Assembly: GCA_016742095.1 (NCBI GenBank)
Contig: JACVCJ010000005.1
Span: 3,335-67,334 of the forward strand
Origin: Bacteroidia bacterium
Lineage (GTDB): Bacteria; Bacteroidota; Bacteroidia; CAIKAF01
Length of the DNA stretch: 64,000 nt
Direction of reading: 5' to 3'
A program made the translations under genes and the position numbers. The notes below the pieces were generated by a model. That model had not been told where the DNA came from and did no database searches. It was given only the letters and a program-made list of their open reading frames with translations. Shown here one piece after another: positions 49,479 through 58,605 of the stretch (its first letter is position 1; each line of letters starts with the position of its first letter).

Positions 49479-50897
49479 ATGCAAAATCTACCCGTTATGC
49501 AGAATGAAATTGATGCGGAAGAATATCGTGACCATATTGCCACGATCGACGAAAAAGGCAAAAGGGTCTGGATCTTTCCGAAAAGACCCAAAGGAAAATA
49601 CACCCGTTACCGTACCCGGCTCAGCTGGTTCCTGCTGGCCGTACTGTTTGCCCTGCCCTGGATAAAGATAGGCGGGGTACCCCTGTTCCTGCTCAATGTA
49701 CCCGAGCGTAAATTTGTGCTGTTCACCGTGTTCTTCGGGCCGCAGGACTTCTTCATTTTCGCCCTGCTGATGATCGCTTTTATCGTGTTCATTGCCCTGT
49801 TCACGGTGGCTTTCGGGCGTCTTTTCTGCGGCTGGGTATGTCCGCAGACCGTTTTTATGGAAATGGTGTTCCGTAAGATCGAATACTGGATCGAAGGCGA
49901 TTATACCCGGCAGCGCGCCCTGGCCAAGAGCGCCTGGACCACGGAGAAAATATGGAAAAGAACGGCCAAGCACAGCCTGTTCCTGCTCATTTCCTTCCTG
50001 ATAGCCAATACGTTCCTGGCCTATATTTTCGGCAGTGACGCGCTGCTGCAGTTCGTAAAAGACGGTCCGGGCCCGCATTTTGGACTCTTTGTGGGCCTGT
50101 TGCTCTTTACCCTGGTGTTTTATTTTGTGTTCAGCTGGATGCGCGAACAGGTGTGCATTATCGTATGCCCCTACGGCCGTCTGCAGGGCGTATTGCTCGA
50201 CCAGAAATCGATGGTGGTGGCCTACGACCATGTACGTGGCGAACCGCGCGGCAATCCGAAGAAAAACAAGGATAAAGAACTGGGCGACTGCATCGACTGC
50301 GGACAGTGTGTGAACGTGTGCCCGACCGGCATCGACATCCGTAACGGCACCCAGCTGGAATGCGTGGGTTGCACCGCCTGTATCGATGCCTGCGACGATA
50401 TTATGGACCGTATCGGGAAACCGAAAGGTCTGGTGCGTTATGCCTCGCAGGACGAAATAAAGCATGGCCGCCGTCTGCGTTTCAGCGGCCGTATGAAGGC
50501 CTATTCCGCCGTGTTATTTCTGCTGGTGCTGCTGCTGAGCGTACTGCTGGCCACCCGCCGCGATTTTGACGTACACGTGGCCCGTATGCGCGGTACCACC
50601 TACCAGGAGCAGAGCAACGGCGACATCAGCAACTTTTTTACGCTGAAGCTCATGAACAAAAGTTTTCATACGTTCCATCCGCAGATACGTCTGCTGCAGC
50701 CCGAAGGCGGTACCCTGCGCATTATCGGTACGGCCCCCGAGCTCGAAGGCGGTTCTTCGGCCGAAGTGAACATTATGCTCAGTTACCCGGCGGCACAGGT
50801 CAAAGGCGTAAAAATGCCCGTGAAGATCGGTGTATTCAAAGGCGATACACAGGTTGACGAGAGTGAAATGGTGTTCTTCGGGCCCGGCGATTCCTGA
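49479..50897 (+). CDS. ccoG: Cytochrome c oxidase accessory protein CcoG (FixG; 4Fe-4S ferredoxin-type).
   Basis: Transmembrane helices are followed by Cys clusters CGWVCPQ, CIIVCPYGRLQG, CIDCGQCVNVCPTGIDIR and CVGCTACIDAC. Confidence 0.85.
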   Translation: MQNLPVMQNEIDAEEYRDHIATIDEKGKRVWIFPKRPKGKYTRYRTRLSWFLLAVLFALPWIKIGGVPLFLLNVPERKFVLFTVFFGPQDFFIFALLMIAFIVFIALFTVAFGRLFCGWVCPQTVFMEMVFRKIEYWIEGDYTRQRALAKSAWTTEKIWKRTAKHSLFLLISFLIANTFLAYIFGSDALLQFVKDGPGPHFGLFVGLLLFTLVFYFVFSWMREQVCIIVCPYGRLQGVLLDQKSMVVAYDHVRGEPRGNPKKNKDKELGDCIDCGQCVNVCPTGIDIRNGTQLECVGCTACIDACDDIMDRIGKPKGLVRYASQDEIKHGRRLRFSGRMKAYSAVLFLLVLLLSVLLATRRDFDVHVARMRGTTYQEQSNGDISNFFTLKLMNKSFHTFHPQIRLLQPEGGTLRIIGTAPELEGGSSAEVNIMLSYPAAQVKGVKMPVKIGVFKGDTQVDESEMVFFGPGDS

Positions 50898-50917
50898 TCT
50901 TTAAAATTCTACCCGTT

Positions 50918-51364
50918 ATGTTCAATAATAAAAACCTCATTTTCATGCCCTGGCTGCTGTTTGCGCTGGGCATCAGCACCCTGGGAGTCTTAGCCTACCG
51001 CAAGAACTTCGACCTGGAAACAGAAAACTATTACGCCGCCGAGCTTACGCACGGCACCAAAATGGAACAGCTCCGCCGGGGCCGGGCCTTTAAACCGCTG
51101 CTTAGTTACCGGCAGGAAGAAAACGGTCTGCGCTTCGGCTTCCCGGCCAATTTCCGCGCAAATCCGCAGTTCCGGGGTGAGATCCGTTTGTTTCGCCCGT
51201 CCGACGCGGCGCTCGATCGTACATTTCCCATTCTGCCCGATACGGCATTACAACAACAGGTCCCGGCCGCTGAACTGGCTCCCGGTTTCTGGAAATTACA
51301 GCTGGCCTGGAGCCTGGGAAAAACCGAATACCTGCTCGAAGATACCTTAACGCTGCGGCCATGA
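50918..51364 (+). CDS. ccoH: FixH/CcoH family protein.
   Basis: The 148-aa protein has an N-terminal transmembrane helix. It sits downstream of ccoG. Confidence 0.6.
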   Translation: MFNNKNLIFMPWLLFALGISTLGVLAYRKNFDLETENYYAAELTHGTKMEQLRRGRAFKPLLSYRQEENGLRFGFPANFRANPQFRGEIRLFRPSDAALDRTFPILPDTALQQQVPAAELAPGFWKLQLAWSLGKTEYLLEDTLTLRP

Positions 51365-52038
51365 TCGGCGCAGCCTTTATTATGGGACTGCTGGGCAGTA
51401 TGCACTGCGCCGGGATGTGCGGTCCGCTGAGCCTCATGCTGCCGGTTCGGACCTCCGCTGCGGGTAAAGTAGGCGGCCTGCTGCTGTATAACCTGGCGCG
51501 TATCCTGGTATATGCATTCCTGGGTATGCTCACGGGCTGGGCCGGTTACCTGGTTTCGCTCAGCGGCGCCGGTGTCTGGCTTATACTGGCTTCGGCCCTT
51601 ATATTGCTGATCAGCGGACTGTTCTCCTTATTCTCCCGCAACCTGCTGGAACGTATACCGCTGCCTGCCGCCTGGATGAATCGCCTGCGGCAACTGTTCC
51701 GGCCCTTGTTCCGGCAAAAGAACTACTGGAGTTATGTAGGCATGGGCGCCTTTAATGCCCTGATACCCTGCGGACTCCTGTACACCTCGCTGCTGGCTGC
51801 TGTTGCAGAGGCCCATCCGCTGCAGAGCGCCGGCTTTATGTTGATGTTCGGTTTAGGTACGGTTCCGGCGATGATGAGTGCCCAGTACCTGCTGCAGTTC
51901 GTTAAACAGGAATGGCGCATATACCTGCGCAGGGCTCTTCCCCTGCTGAGTATCGTGCTGGCTTTTTTCCTGGTTTACCGCAGTGGCATTGTGCAGGCAT
52001 ATCTTGCGCCGGAACCGGCCATGACCGAGTGCCGCTGA
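51361..52038 (+). CDS. DsbD_2 / TauE-SafE-like membrane protein (HCAGMCGP motif).
   Basis: A Cys pair sits in the first transmembrane helix (HCAGMCGP). The protein has about six transmembrane helices and overlaps ccoH by 4 nt. Confidence 0.6.
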   Translation: MIGAAFIMGLLGSMHCAGMCGPLSLMLPVRTSAAGKVGGLLLYNLARILVYAFLGMLTGWAGYLVSLSGAGVWLILASALILLISGLFSLFSRNLLERIPLPAAWMNRLRQLFRPLFRQKNYWSYVGMGAFNALIPCGLLYTSLLAAVAEAHPLQSAGFMLMFGLGTVPAMMSAQYLLQFVKQEWRIYLRRALPLLSIVLAFFLVYRSGIVQAYLAPEPAMTECR

Positions 52039-52172
52039 GTCCTTTTGCGCCGGACTCAGGATGTCCTGTGTATGAACAATGGTAGTAAGCAGACCGACCA
52101 GCATAAAAAAGAAAACAGTGGAAGGCCATGTGCCTGGTTTCGGTATCACCACACCGGCAGGCCGGCAATATC

Positions 52173-52439
52173 ATGATACAGCGCCAGGGCAGCGACGAGT
52201 ACTGGAAGCTGGATACAGACAGCGGAACCTGGCAAAAAGTACATAAGCCGAGGCTCAGTCAGCGCGAGACAGAAGTGCTGCGGCTCTATGCGCAGGGGCT
52301 GACCATCAGCCAGATCGCCGAAAAAATGTGCGTGGTGCCCGATACCGTCAAGTACTACCGGCGCCGTATCTTCGAAAATTTTGGGGTAAGCAGTATCGTA
52401 GAGGCACTTTCCTATGCAGTGAATAACAAGATCCTCTGA
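52173..52439 (+). CDS. LuxR/GerE-type HTH transcriptional regulator (small, C-terminal HTH only).
   Basis: The 'LSQRETEVLRLYAQGLTISQIAEKMCVVPDTVKYYRRRIFENFGV' region fits a GerE-type helix-turn-helix. Confidence 0.65.
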   Translation: MIQRQGSDEYWKLDTDSGTWQKVHKPRLSQRETEVLRLYAQGLTISQIAEKMCVVPDTVKYYRRRIFENFGVSSIVEALSYAVNNKIL

Positions 52440-52449
52440 AAATCCATAC

Positions 52450-53164
52450 TCAGAGCCGGTTGATGATACGTACGGCCAGGGCGGGCCAGAGCCGCGAAAG
52501 AATATAGAGCCGTTTTACTTTTCCCACACGTATTTCCCGGCTTTCGTTCCGGAGTCCGCGTAATACGGCTTTTACCGCTTTTTCTGCGGAAATGGCCGAG
52601 GCGGGCGCCTGTCCGCGGTGCCAGGGCGTATCCACCACGGGCAATAACACCTCACTTACCCGTATTTCAGGCAGTTGCATGCGCAGCGTTTGCGTAAAGG
52701 CGTGCAGGGCGGCTTTAGATGCGTTGTAAAAGGGATAGGCGGCCCGCGGCGCGTATACAAGACCCGTGCCGATGTTTATGATGTGTGCATCGGTATTCTG
52801 CTTCAGCAGGGGCAGGAACAGCTTGCACAGGCGTACGGGAGCCAGCAGGTTCACGCTGCATTCTTCCGCGGCTTTGGCCACAGCCTGCTCATCGGCGGCG
52901 AAGGAGAACCGGTGCACGATGGCGGCATTGTTTATCAGCATACTGCTCCTGCACCCATTGAAAAAGCGCCTGGCAGTCTTCTTCCCGTGCCAGGTTGCAG
53001 CAGAAGGTCTGCAGGTCCGGGATGTGTTGCCGGGCGGCCTCCAGTTTTTGGGCAGAGCGGCCGCAGATCAGTACCCGGTTGCCCATACGGCTCAGCGCAG
53101 AGGCCAGTTCAAGACCCACTCCCGAACTTCCGCCAGTGATCAGAATGGTGTTTCCTTTCAGCAT
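52450..53164 (-). pseudogene. Short-chain dehydrogenase/reductase (SDR) split by a frameshift.
   Basis: The N-terminal Rossmann half (ILITGGSSGVGLELA) reads in one frame (53164–52889). The catalytic half (NNAAI...YNASKAAL, YxxxK) reads in another (52941–52450). The two overlap around 52890–52940. Confidence 0.55.
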
Positions 53165-53230
53165 AATGTAAGATGTATTGAATTACACTACAAAGAGCCA
53201 AAAGGCAAGCTACAAAAACATTAACCTGTG

Positions 53231-53845
53231 TTAACGGGGGCGACTTTTACGTATACGACTGAGTGAAACGGGCGAAATGCCCAGGTAGGAAGCGATGATA
53301 TGCTGCCGTACGCGCGATTCCAGGCCGGGAAATTCCTCCCTGAAAATGCGGTAACGGTCTTCGGCATTGAGCAGCAGCAGTTCCCTTTCTCGTTTTTCTT
53401 TTACGGAGAAGGCCCGTTCCAGTACCTGCACCAGTAAGGTGTTCCAGCAGGGATGTCCCTTTTGCAGGCGGGTCCACAGACCGTAGTCGATCTCCAGTAT
53501 CTCGCTGTCTTCCAGCGCTTCAATGAACATATGCGAGGGGCTGGAGCTGATCATGGCAGAATAGGCACTCAGGAACTGGCCTTCCGGAACAAAATTCTTC
53601 GTGTATTCACGCCCGGAAGGATCCATGTACAGGTAGCGGAAAAGCCCGCTGCCCACAAAGGCAAAGCGACGCGGCACCTGACCCTCGCGGATAAAATAAG
53701 AACCTTTGGCCAGTGAAGCGCTCTTCAGTATGGCACTGACGCGCTTCTCTTCTTCGGCAGGCAGCTCAATGGCCGATCGCAGGTATGCAAGGAACTGTTC
53801 TTTCATCGCAGTTTCAAATATACGGGTATTTCTTTTCTTTTTCAA
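53231..53845 (-). CDS. Crp/Fnr-family transcriptional regulator.
   Basis: A cNMP-binding-like beta-barrel is followed by a C-terminal HTH (RQHIIASYLGISPVSLSRIRK). An alternative start is at 53806. Confidence 0.7.
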   Translation of the reverse strand: MKKKRNTRIFETAMKEQFLAYLRSAIELPAEEEKRVSAILKSASLAKGSYFIREGQVPRRFAFVGSGLFRYLYMDPSGREYTKNFVPEGQFLSAYSAMISSSPSHMFIEALEDSEILEIDYGLWTRLQKGHPCWNTLLVQVLERAFSVKEKRERELLLLNAEDRYRIFREEFPGLESRVRQHIIASYLGISPVSLSRIRKSRPR

Positions 53846-53926
53846 GGGCGGCCGGGCTCAAAATCACACATTTGCAGTAGTTTTTTTAGAGAGACGATTC
53901 CGAATTTTGCTTCTAAAGTCTGTGGT

Positions 53927-54226
53927 ATGAAAAAAATACTGTTTTTCCTGTTCTTTATAGCCGCACTGCAGGCACAGGCGGCGGTACGCGGTTACTGGTC
54001 GGGGTACATCACCCAGCACGGGTTCCTGGCCATTGCCACCAATTACCAGTACAGCCTGGTGCTGGAGACCGAAGGCGAAACCGTGTACGGGTATTCGGAG
54101 ATACGGCTGTGGAACGATACGGCCATGTTCGGCCGCATGGCATTCCGGGGCACGGTGCAGGGCAATACCGTCCGTTTTATGGAAAGCGAGATCCTGGAAC
54201 AGCGCCTGTACAGCTATGCCAGCTAG
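53927..54226 (+). CDS. Hypothetical secreted protein; the frame stays open for 41 codons past an in-frame TAG.
   Basis: The signal peptide is MKKILFFLFFIAALQAQA. TAG lies at 54224–54226, and the open frame continues to 54352. Confidence 0.45.
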   Translation: MKKILFFLFFIAALQAQAAVRGYWSGYITQHGFLAIATNYQYSLVLETEGETVYGYSEIRLWNDTAMFGRMAFRGTVQGNTVRFMESEILEQRLYSYAS

Positions 54227-54564
54227 TGCCTGAAGGAACTGGAACTGGAATACATCATCGAGAACGGGCGTGAATACCTGCGCGGACGTTGGGGGAGCGC
54301 GGCCTGTTCGGGTCCGGGCGAGGCCGAATTACAGCGCCCCATCGTGGTTTAATGTGGCGGGGTTGCCATGTTCATGGTTATGGCCGGCGTGGTGCCGGGC
54401 TCCGTGGGCGGCTGGTACCTGCTGCGTAAACGTACCCTGAAAACCGTAAAGTACATTGCCGGTATATGCCTGGTGTTTTTCGGTCTGGCCATGATGCCCG
54501 GATTTTAAAACCGGGTTTGTCGTTTGGCAGAAAGCCGTATTTTTACGGAAAGTCTTTCGCTTGT

Positions 54565-57552
54565 ATGAAACGCATTTTCCTGTATTGCTCCCTGTTCTAT
54601 GCTCCGGCCCTGCTGGCCCAGAACCCGCTCAGCTCGCGCAGTGCGGCCTCCGGTAACAACAGCCTGGCGGGCTCCCTGAACGAAAAAGCCAACAGCATTA
54701 CCCAATACGTAAACCCCATGACGGGTACGGGCGGGCACGGGCATACCTACCCGGGTGCCACATCGCCCTTTGGTATGGTGCAGCTGAGCCCGGACACACG
54801 TGCCGATGGCTCCTGGGACGGTTGTTCGGGGTATCATTATTCCGATAAGGAAGTGCTGGGCTTTAGTCATACCCACCTGAGCGGTACGGGCTGCAGCGAT
54901 TACGGCGATATACTGCTGATGCCCTTTGCCACCAACGAGGTAAAGGACCTGAAGGCACAGAGCAAAAGCACGCTCGACCATGCAAAGGAATATGCCAGCG
55001 CCGGTTACTATTCCCTTATGCTTAAAGACGAAATTTTTGCAGAACTGACCACCACGCCCCGCGTAGGTGTGCATCGCTATACCTTTAGACCGAACCAGGC
55101 GCCGTTCATACTGCTTGATCTTAAACATCGTGACGAGACCACCGGCAGCCATTATACCCTGCTGAACGACACCACCATTGTGGGTTTCCGCAGCAGTCGG
55201 GCCTGGGCACAGAACCAGCAGCTCTGGTTCGCTATCCGCCTTTCCAAACCGGTGAAACAGCTGCGCATACAAACGGCTTCCGGCGTAAAAACGGTGCCGG
55301 CCCGCGATTTTCCCCTGCGTTTCGAGGACAGCAAAGGCCTGGTACACGCCCTGGAATTTGCGCGCGATTCACAGTATTCGGTTGTACTGCGTGTGGCCCT
55401 GAGCTGGGTGGACGAGAACGGTGCCCTGAACAACCTGGAAAAAGAAGCGCCGCATTCGAATTTTGAGGCCTACCGCAAACAGAACAGCATGCGCTGGGGC
55501 CAGGAACTGGGCAGGATAGAAGTAAAATCGGTAAAGGAAGACCGTAAAAAGGTGTTTTATACGGCGTTGTACCATTGTATGATCGCCCCGAACATTGCCA
55601 GCGATATCGACGGCCGTTACCGCGGCATGGACAATAAAATTCATACCGCAGAGGGCTTCGATTATTACTCGGTGTTCTCGCTCTGGGATACCTACCGTAC
55701 CCTGCATCCCCTGCTCAATATCATCCAGACCAAACGCAGCAACGACTTTATACGCACCTTCCTGGCCATGTACGAACAGGGCGGACGCCTGCCCGTGTGG
55801 GAACTGGCCGCCAACGAGACCAACTGCATGATCGGTTATCATTCCGTATCGGTCATTGCCGACGCCTTTGCCAAGGGCATACGGAACTGGGACCTAAACC
55901 TGGCCTGTAAAGCCGCCGAAGCTTCCGCCAACCAGGAGGGTTTCGGTATCCTGAAATACGCCCGCCAGGGCTATCTGCAACAGGAAGACGAACACGAAAG
56001 CGTGAGCAAGACCCTGGAATATGCCTATGACGATTGGTGCATTGCACAGCTGTTCCGTGCGACGGGAAATACGGCCAAACAGGCAGAATACGAACGTCGC
56101 TCCCTGGCCTTCCTGGCGCTGATCGATCCGGCCACGGGGCAGATGCGTCCGCGTACCAACGGCGGATTTGTTCCCGATTTTGACCCTTACCGCGTAGACC
56201 AGAACTTTACCGAGGCCAACAGCTGGCAGTATTCGCTGTACGCTCCGCAGAATCTTCCCCTGCTGATGCAGTTCCTGCCCGGCAGCCTGGAAACCCGCCT
56301 GGACGCACTTTTTACCGCTGAAGAAAAGACGACTGGTCGCGAACAGGCCGATATGACGGGTTTTATCGGGCAGTATGTGCACGGCAACGAGCCCAGTCAC
56401 CACATCGCATACCTGTATAATTACACGGAACAGCGGCATAAAACGCCCTTCTATGTACACCAGATACTGAATAAACTGTACAGCGACGGGCCCGAAGGAC
56501 TGCCCGGAAACGAAGACTGCGGACAGATGAGCGCCTGGTTCGTGATGAGTTCCATGGGTATTTACCCGCTTTGTCCGGGTAAGCCGGAGTACGAACTGGG
56601 TTCCCCTTTGTTTGAAGAAATAAGTGTACACCTCGAGAACGGCAAGACCTTCCGCGTTGTGGCCCCGGACGCGGCGGACAGGGAAGCCATATATCCCACC
56701 GAAGTGCGGGACGATGGCAAAGTAGTGAGCGGTTCCCGTATCCGTCACGGCAGCATCAGTTCCGGCGGTAGCCTGAGCTGGACCCTGAGTAAGAACAGCC
56801 GGGATATGTACATGGTACCCGTTCCCGGCTACGAAAAACAGGATAAGGCCATTGTACCGGCGATCAATGTAAAGAACAAGGCCTTCCGTAAAGAAACGCA
56901 GGTAGAAATTGTACATATCGACAGCACGGCACAGATCTTTTACCTGAAAAGTGTAGGCCCAAGTGATCTGTATGTATACAACGGTCCTTTTACCGTGGAC
57001 CATGGTGTGGACATACGCGCCTTTGCCCGCACAGCCGGCGGAAAGAACAGCGATACCGTGATCTGCAGCATACGCCCCTATCCCGATGCGGAAATGCAGA
57101 TCGACCTGCAGACCAAAGCCATGGCTTCGTATTTCCCGAACGGGGCTGAGGGCCTCATCGACGGGGTAAAAGGCACAACCGACTGGCGTAAGGGCGACTG
57201 GCTGGGCTTCCAGGGGCAGAATGTAAAGATAAAACTGGACCGCGGCAGTGTAAAAGCGGCTTCAGGCGTTCAGGTACGCGTACTGCGCGATGAACGTGCC
57301 TGGATCTTCTTCCCTTCGGAAGTGATCTTCCGCTACAGCAGCGACGGTGTGGAATACAGCAAACCGGTATCCGTTAAGATCAGCGCCACACGTTCAGAGA
57401 GATCTGAAATAAAGATCGTTACCAATAAACCGGGCCTCAAATTCCGCTATGCCGAAATTGAACTGGTGTACCCGGGCGTACTGCCGGCCGGTCATCCCGG
57501 GGAGGGGAACCAGAGCATACAGTTTATAGACGAGGTGGAAATTCTGAAGTAA
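54565..57552 (+). CDS. GH92-family alpha-1,2-mannosidase, secreted, with a ~250-aa C-terminal extension domain.
   Basis: A signal peptide is followed by the NPMTGTGGHGHTYPGATSPFGMVQLSPDT and HGNEPSHH motifs typical of GH92. Confidence 0.8.
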   Translation: MKRIFLYCSLFYAPALLAQNPLSSRSAASGNNSLAGSLNEKANSITQYVNPMTGTGGHGHTYPGATSPFGMVQLSPDTRADGSWDGCSGYHYSDKEVLGFSHTHLSGTGCSDYGDILLMPFATNEVKDLKAQSKSTLDHAKEYASAGYYSLMLKDEIFAELTTTPRVGVHRYTFRPNQAPFILLDLKHRDETTGSHYTLLNDTTIVGFRSSRAWAQNQQLWFAIRLSKPVKQLRIQTASGVKTVPARDFPLRFEDSKGLVHALEFARDSQYSVVLRVALSWVDENGALNNLEKEAPHSNFEAYRKQNSMRWGQELGRIEVKSVKEDRKKVFYTALYHCMIAPNIASDIDGRYRGMDNKIHTAEGFDYYSVFSLWDTYRTLHPLLNIIQTKRSNDFIRTFLAMYEQGGRLPVWELAANETNCMIGYHSVSVIADAFAKGIRNWDLNLACKAAEASANQEGFGILKYARQGYLQQEDEHESVSKTLEYAYDDWCIAQLFRATGNTAKQAEYERRSLAFLALIDPATGQMRPRTNGGFVPDFDPYRVDQNFTEANSWQYSLYAPQNLPLLMQFLPGSLETRLDALFTAEEKTTGREQADMTGFIGQYVHGNEPSHHIAYLYNYTEQRHKTPFYVHQILNKLYSDGPEGLPGNEDCGQMSAWFVMSSMGIYPLCPGKPEYELGSPLFEEISVHLENGKTFRVVAPDAADREAIYPTEVRDDGKVVSGSRIRHGSISSGGSLSWTLSKNSRDMYMVPVPGYEKQDKAIVPAINVKNKAFRKETQVEIVHIDSTAQIFYLKSVGPSDLYVYNGPFTVDHGVDIRAFARTAGGKNSDTVICSIRPYPDAEMQIDLQTKAMASYFPNGAEGLIDGVKGTTDWRKGDWLGFQGQNVKIKLDRGSVKAASGVQVRVLRDERAWIFFPSEVIFRYSSDGVEYSKPVSVKISATRSERSEIKIVTNKPGLKFRYAEIELVYPGVLPAGHPGEGNQSIQFIDEVEILK

Positions 57553-57556
57553 AAGA

Positions 57557-58600
57557 TCATTCCGCACCGGCTTCCAGCCATACGCGGGTACCTTCGGTGC
57601 AGTTGTTGCAGATGTCGATCTGTGAGCGGCCGTTGAGCAGGGTAGCGCGGAAGCGCCGGTATTTTTCCCCTTTCCACACTTCGCGGAAGGGTTTTTCGAG
57701 GGCGCTGCCCATGGGATATTTGGCGTCTTTATCAAAACAGCAGGGCACCACATCGGCATCCCAGGTAAATACACAACTGTGCCACATTTTCCAGCACTGG
57801 TCAAGCAGGCGGTTCTTAATGCGGTATTTGCCGTCTTTTCCCTTTCTGTAACGGCTGAACTCTTCGGCCTCGGGCATCAGGGGATTCCCGTTCTCAAAAT
57901 CGTACAGTTGGGCGCTCTTGAACTTGATCTCGTCCACCCCCAGTTCGCGGGCAAGCTGCCGGGCATCTTCCACCTGGTGTTCGTTCGGTTTTACCACTAA
58001 AAACTGGAAAATTACGTATGGGGTTGCGCTGGACAGGTTTTTTTTAGCCTCCACTAAATTTTTAGCTCCTTCGATCACTTTATCAATCTTTCCGCCCACA
58101 CGATACTGCTTATACACCTCTTGTGTGGTGCCATCGATGGAAATAATTACCCGGTCGATACCGCTTTCTACGACACGCCGGGCCATGTCCTTACCCATGT
58201 AATGTGCATTGGTGGACGTGGATACGTAAATACGACGTTTTTTGGCCGCTTTTACCAGTTCCAGGAAGTTGGGATGCAGAAAGGGTTCTCCCTGGAAATA
58301 AAAGGTAAGGAACCATACGTGGCGGCTTATATCATCCAGTATTTTCTCGAACACCTCTTTGCGCAGCATACCCGTGGGTCGCGAAAAGGAGCGCAGACCG
58401 CTGGGGCACTCCGGGCAGCGCAGGTTGCAGGAGGTGGTAGGCTCTACCGAAACGGCCATGGGCATACCCAGCTGCAGCGGGTTTTTTCGTGCACGCGAAT
58501 AGTGATAGCTGCCCCAGAGCAGGGCGGCATTGTAAAGTTTGTACGGGGTTAGGGCCCGCAGCATCCGGAACGCGTCCCTGATTTCTGCACGGGCGGCCAT
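57557..58600 (-). CDS. Radical SAM protein with a C-terminal SPASM/twitch-like Cys cluster.
   Basis: The CNLRCPECP motif (CxxxCxxC) sits at residues ~58–66. C-terminal cysteines are ...VVPCCFDKD...DICNNCTEG. The gene is 5 nt downstream of glmS on the same strand. Confidence 0.7.
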   Translation of the reverse strand: MAARAEIRDAFRMLRALTPYKLYNAALLWGSYHYSRARKNPLQLGMPMAVSVEPTTSCNLRCPECPSGLRSFSRPTGMLRKEVFEKILDDISRHVWFLTFYFQGEPFLHPNFLELVKAAKKRRIYVSTSTNAHYMGKDMARRVVESGIDRVIISIDGTTQEVYKQYRVGGKIDKVIEGAKNLVEAKKNLSSATPYVIFQFLVVKPNEHQVEDARQLARELGVDEIKFKSAQLYDFENGNPLMPEAEEFSRYRKGKDGKYRIKNRLLDQCWKMWHSCVFTWDADVVPCCFDKDAKYPMGSALEKPFREVWKGEKYRRFRATLLNGRSQIDICNNCTEGTRVWLEAGAE

Positions 58601-58605
58601 AACGC

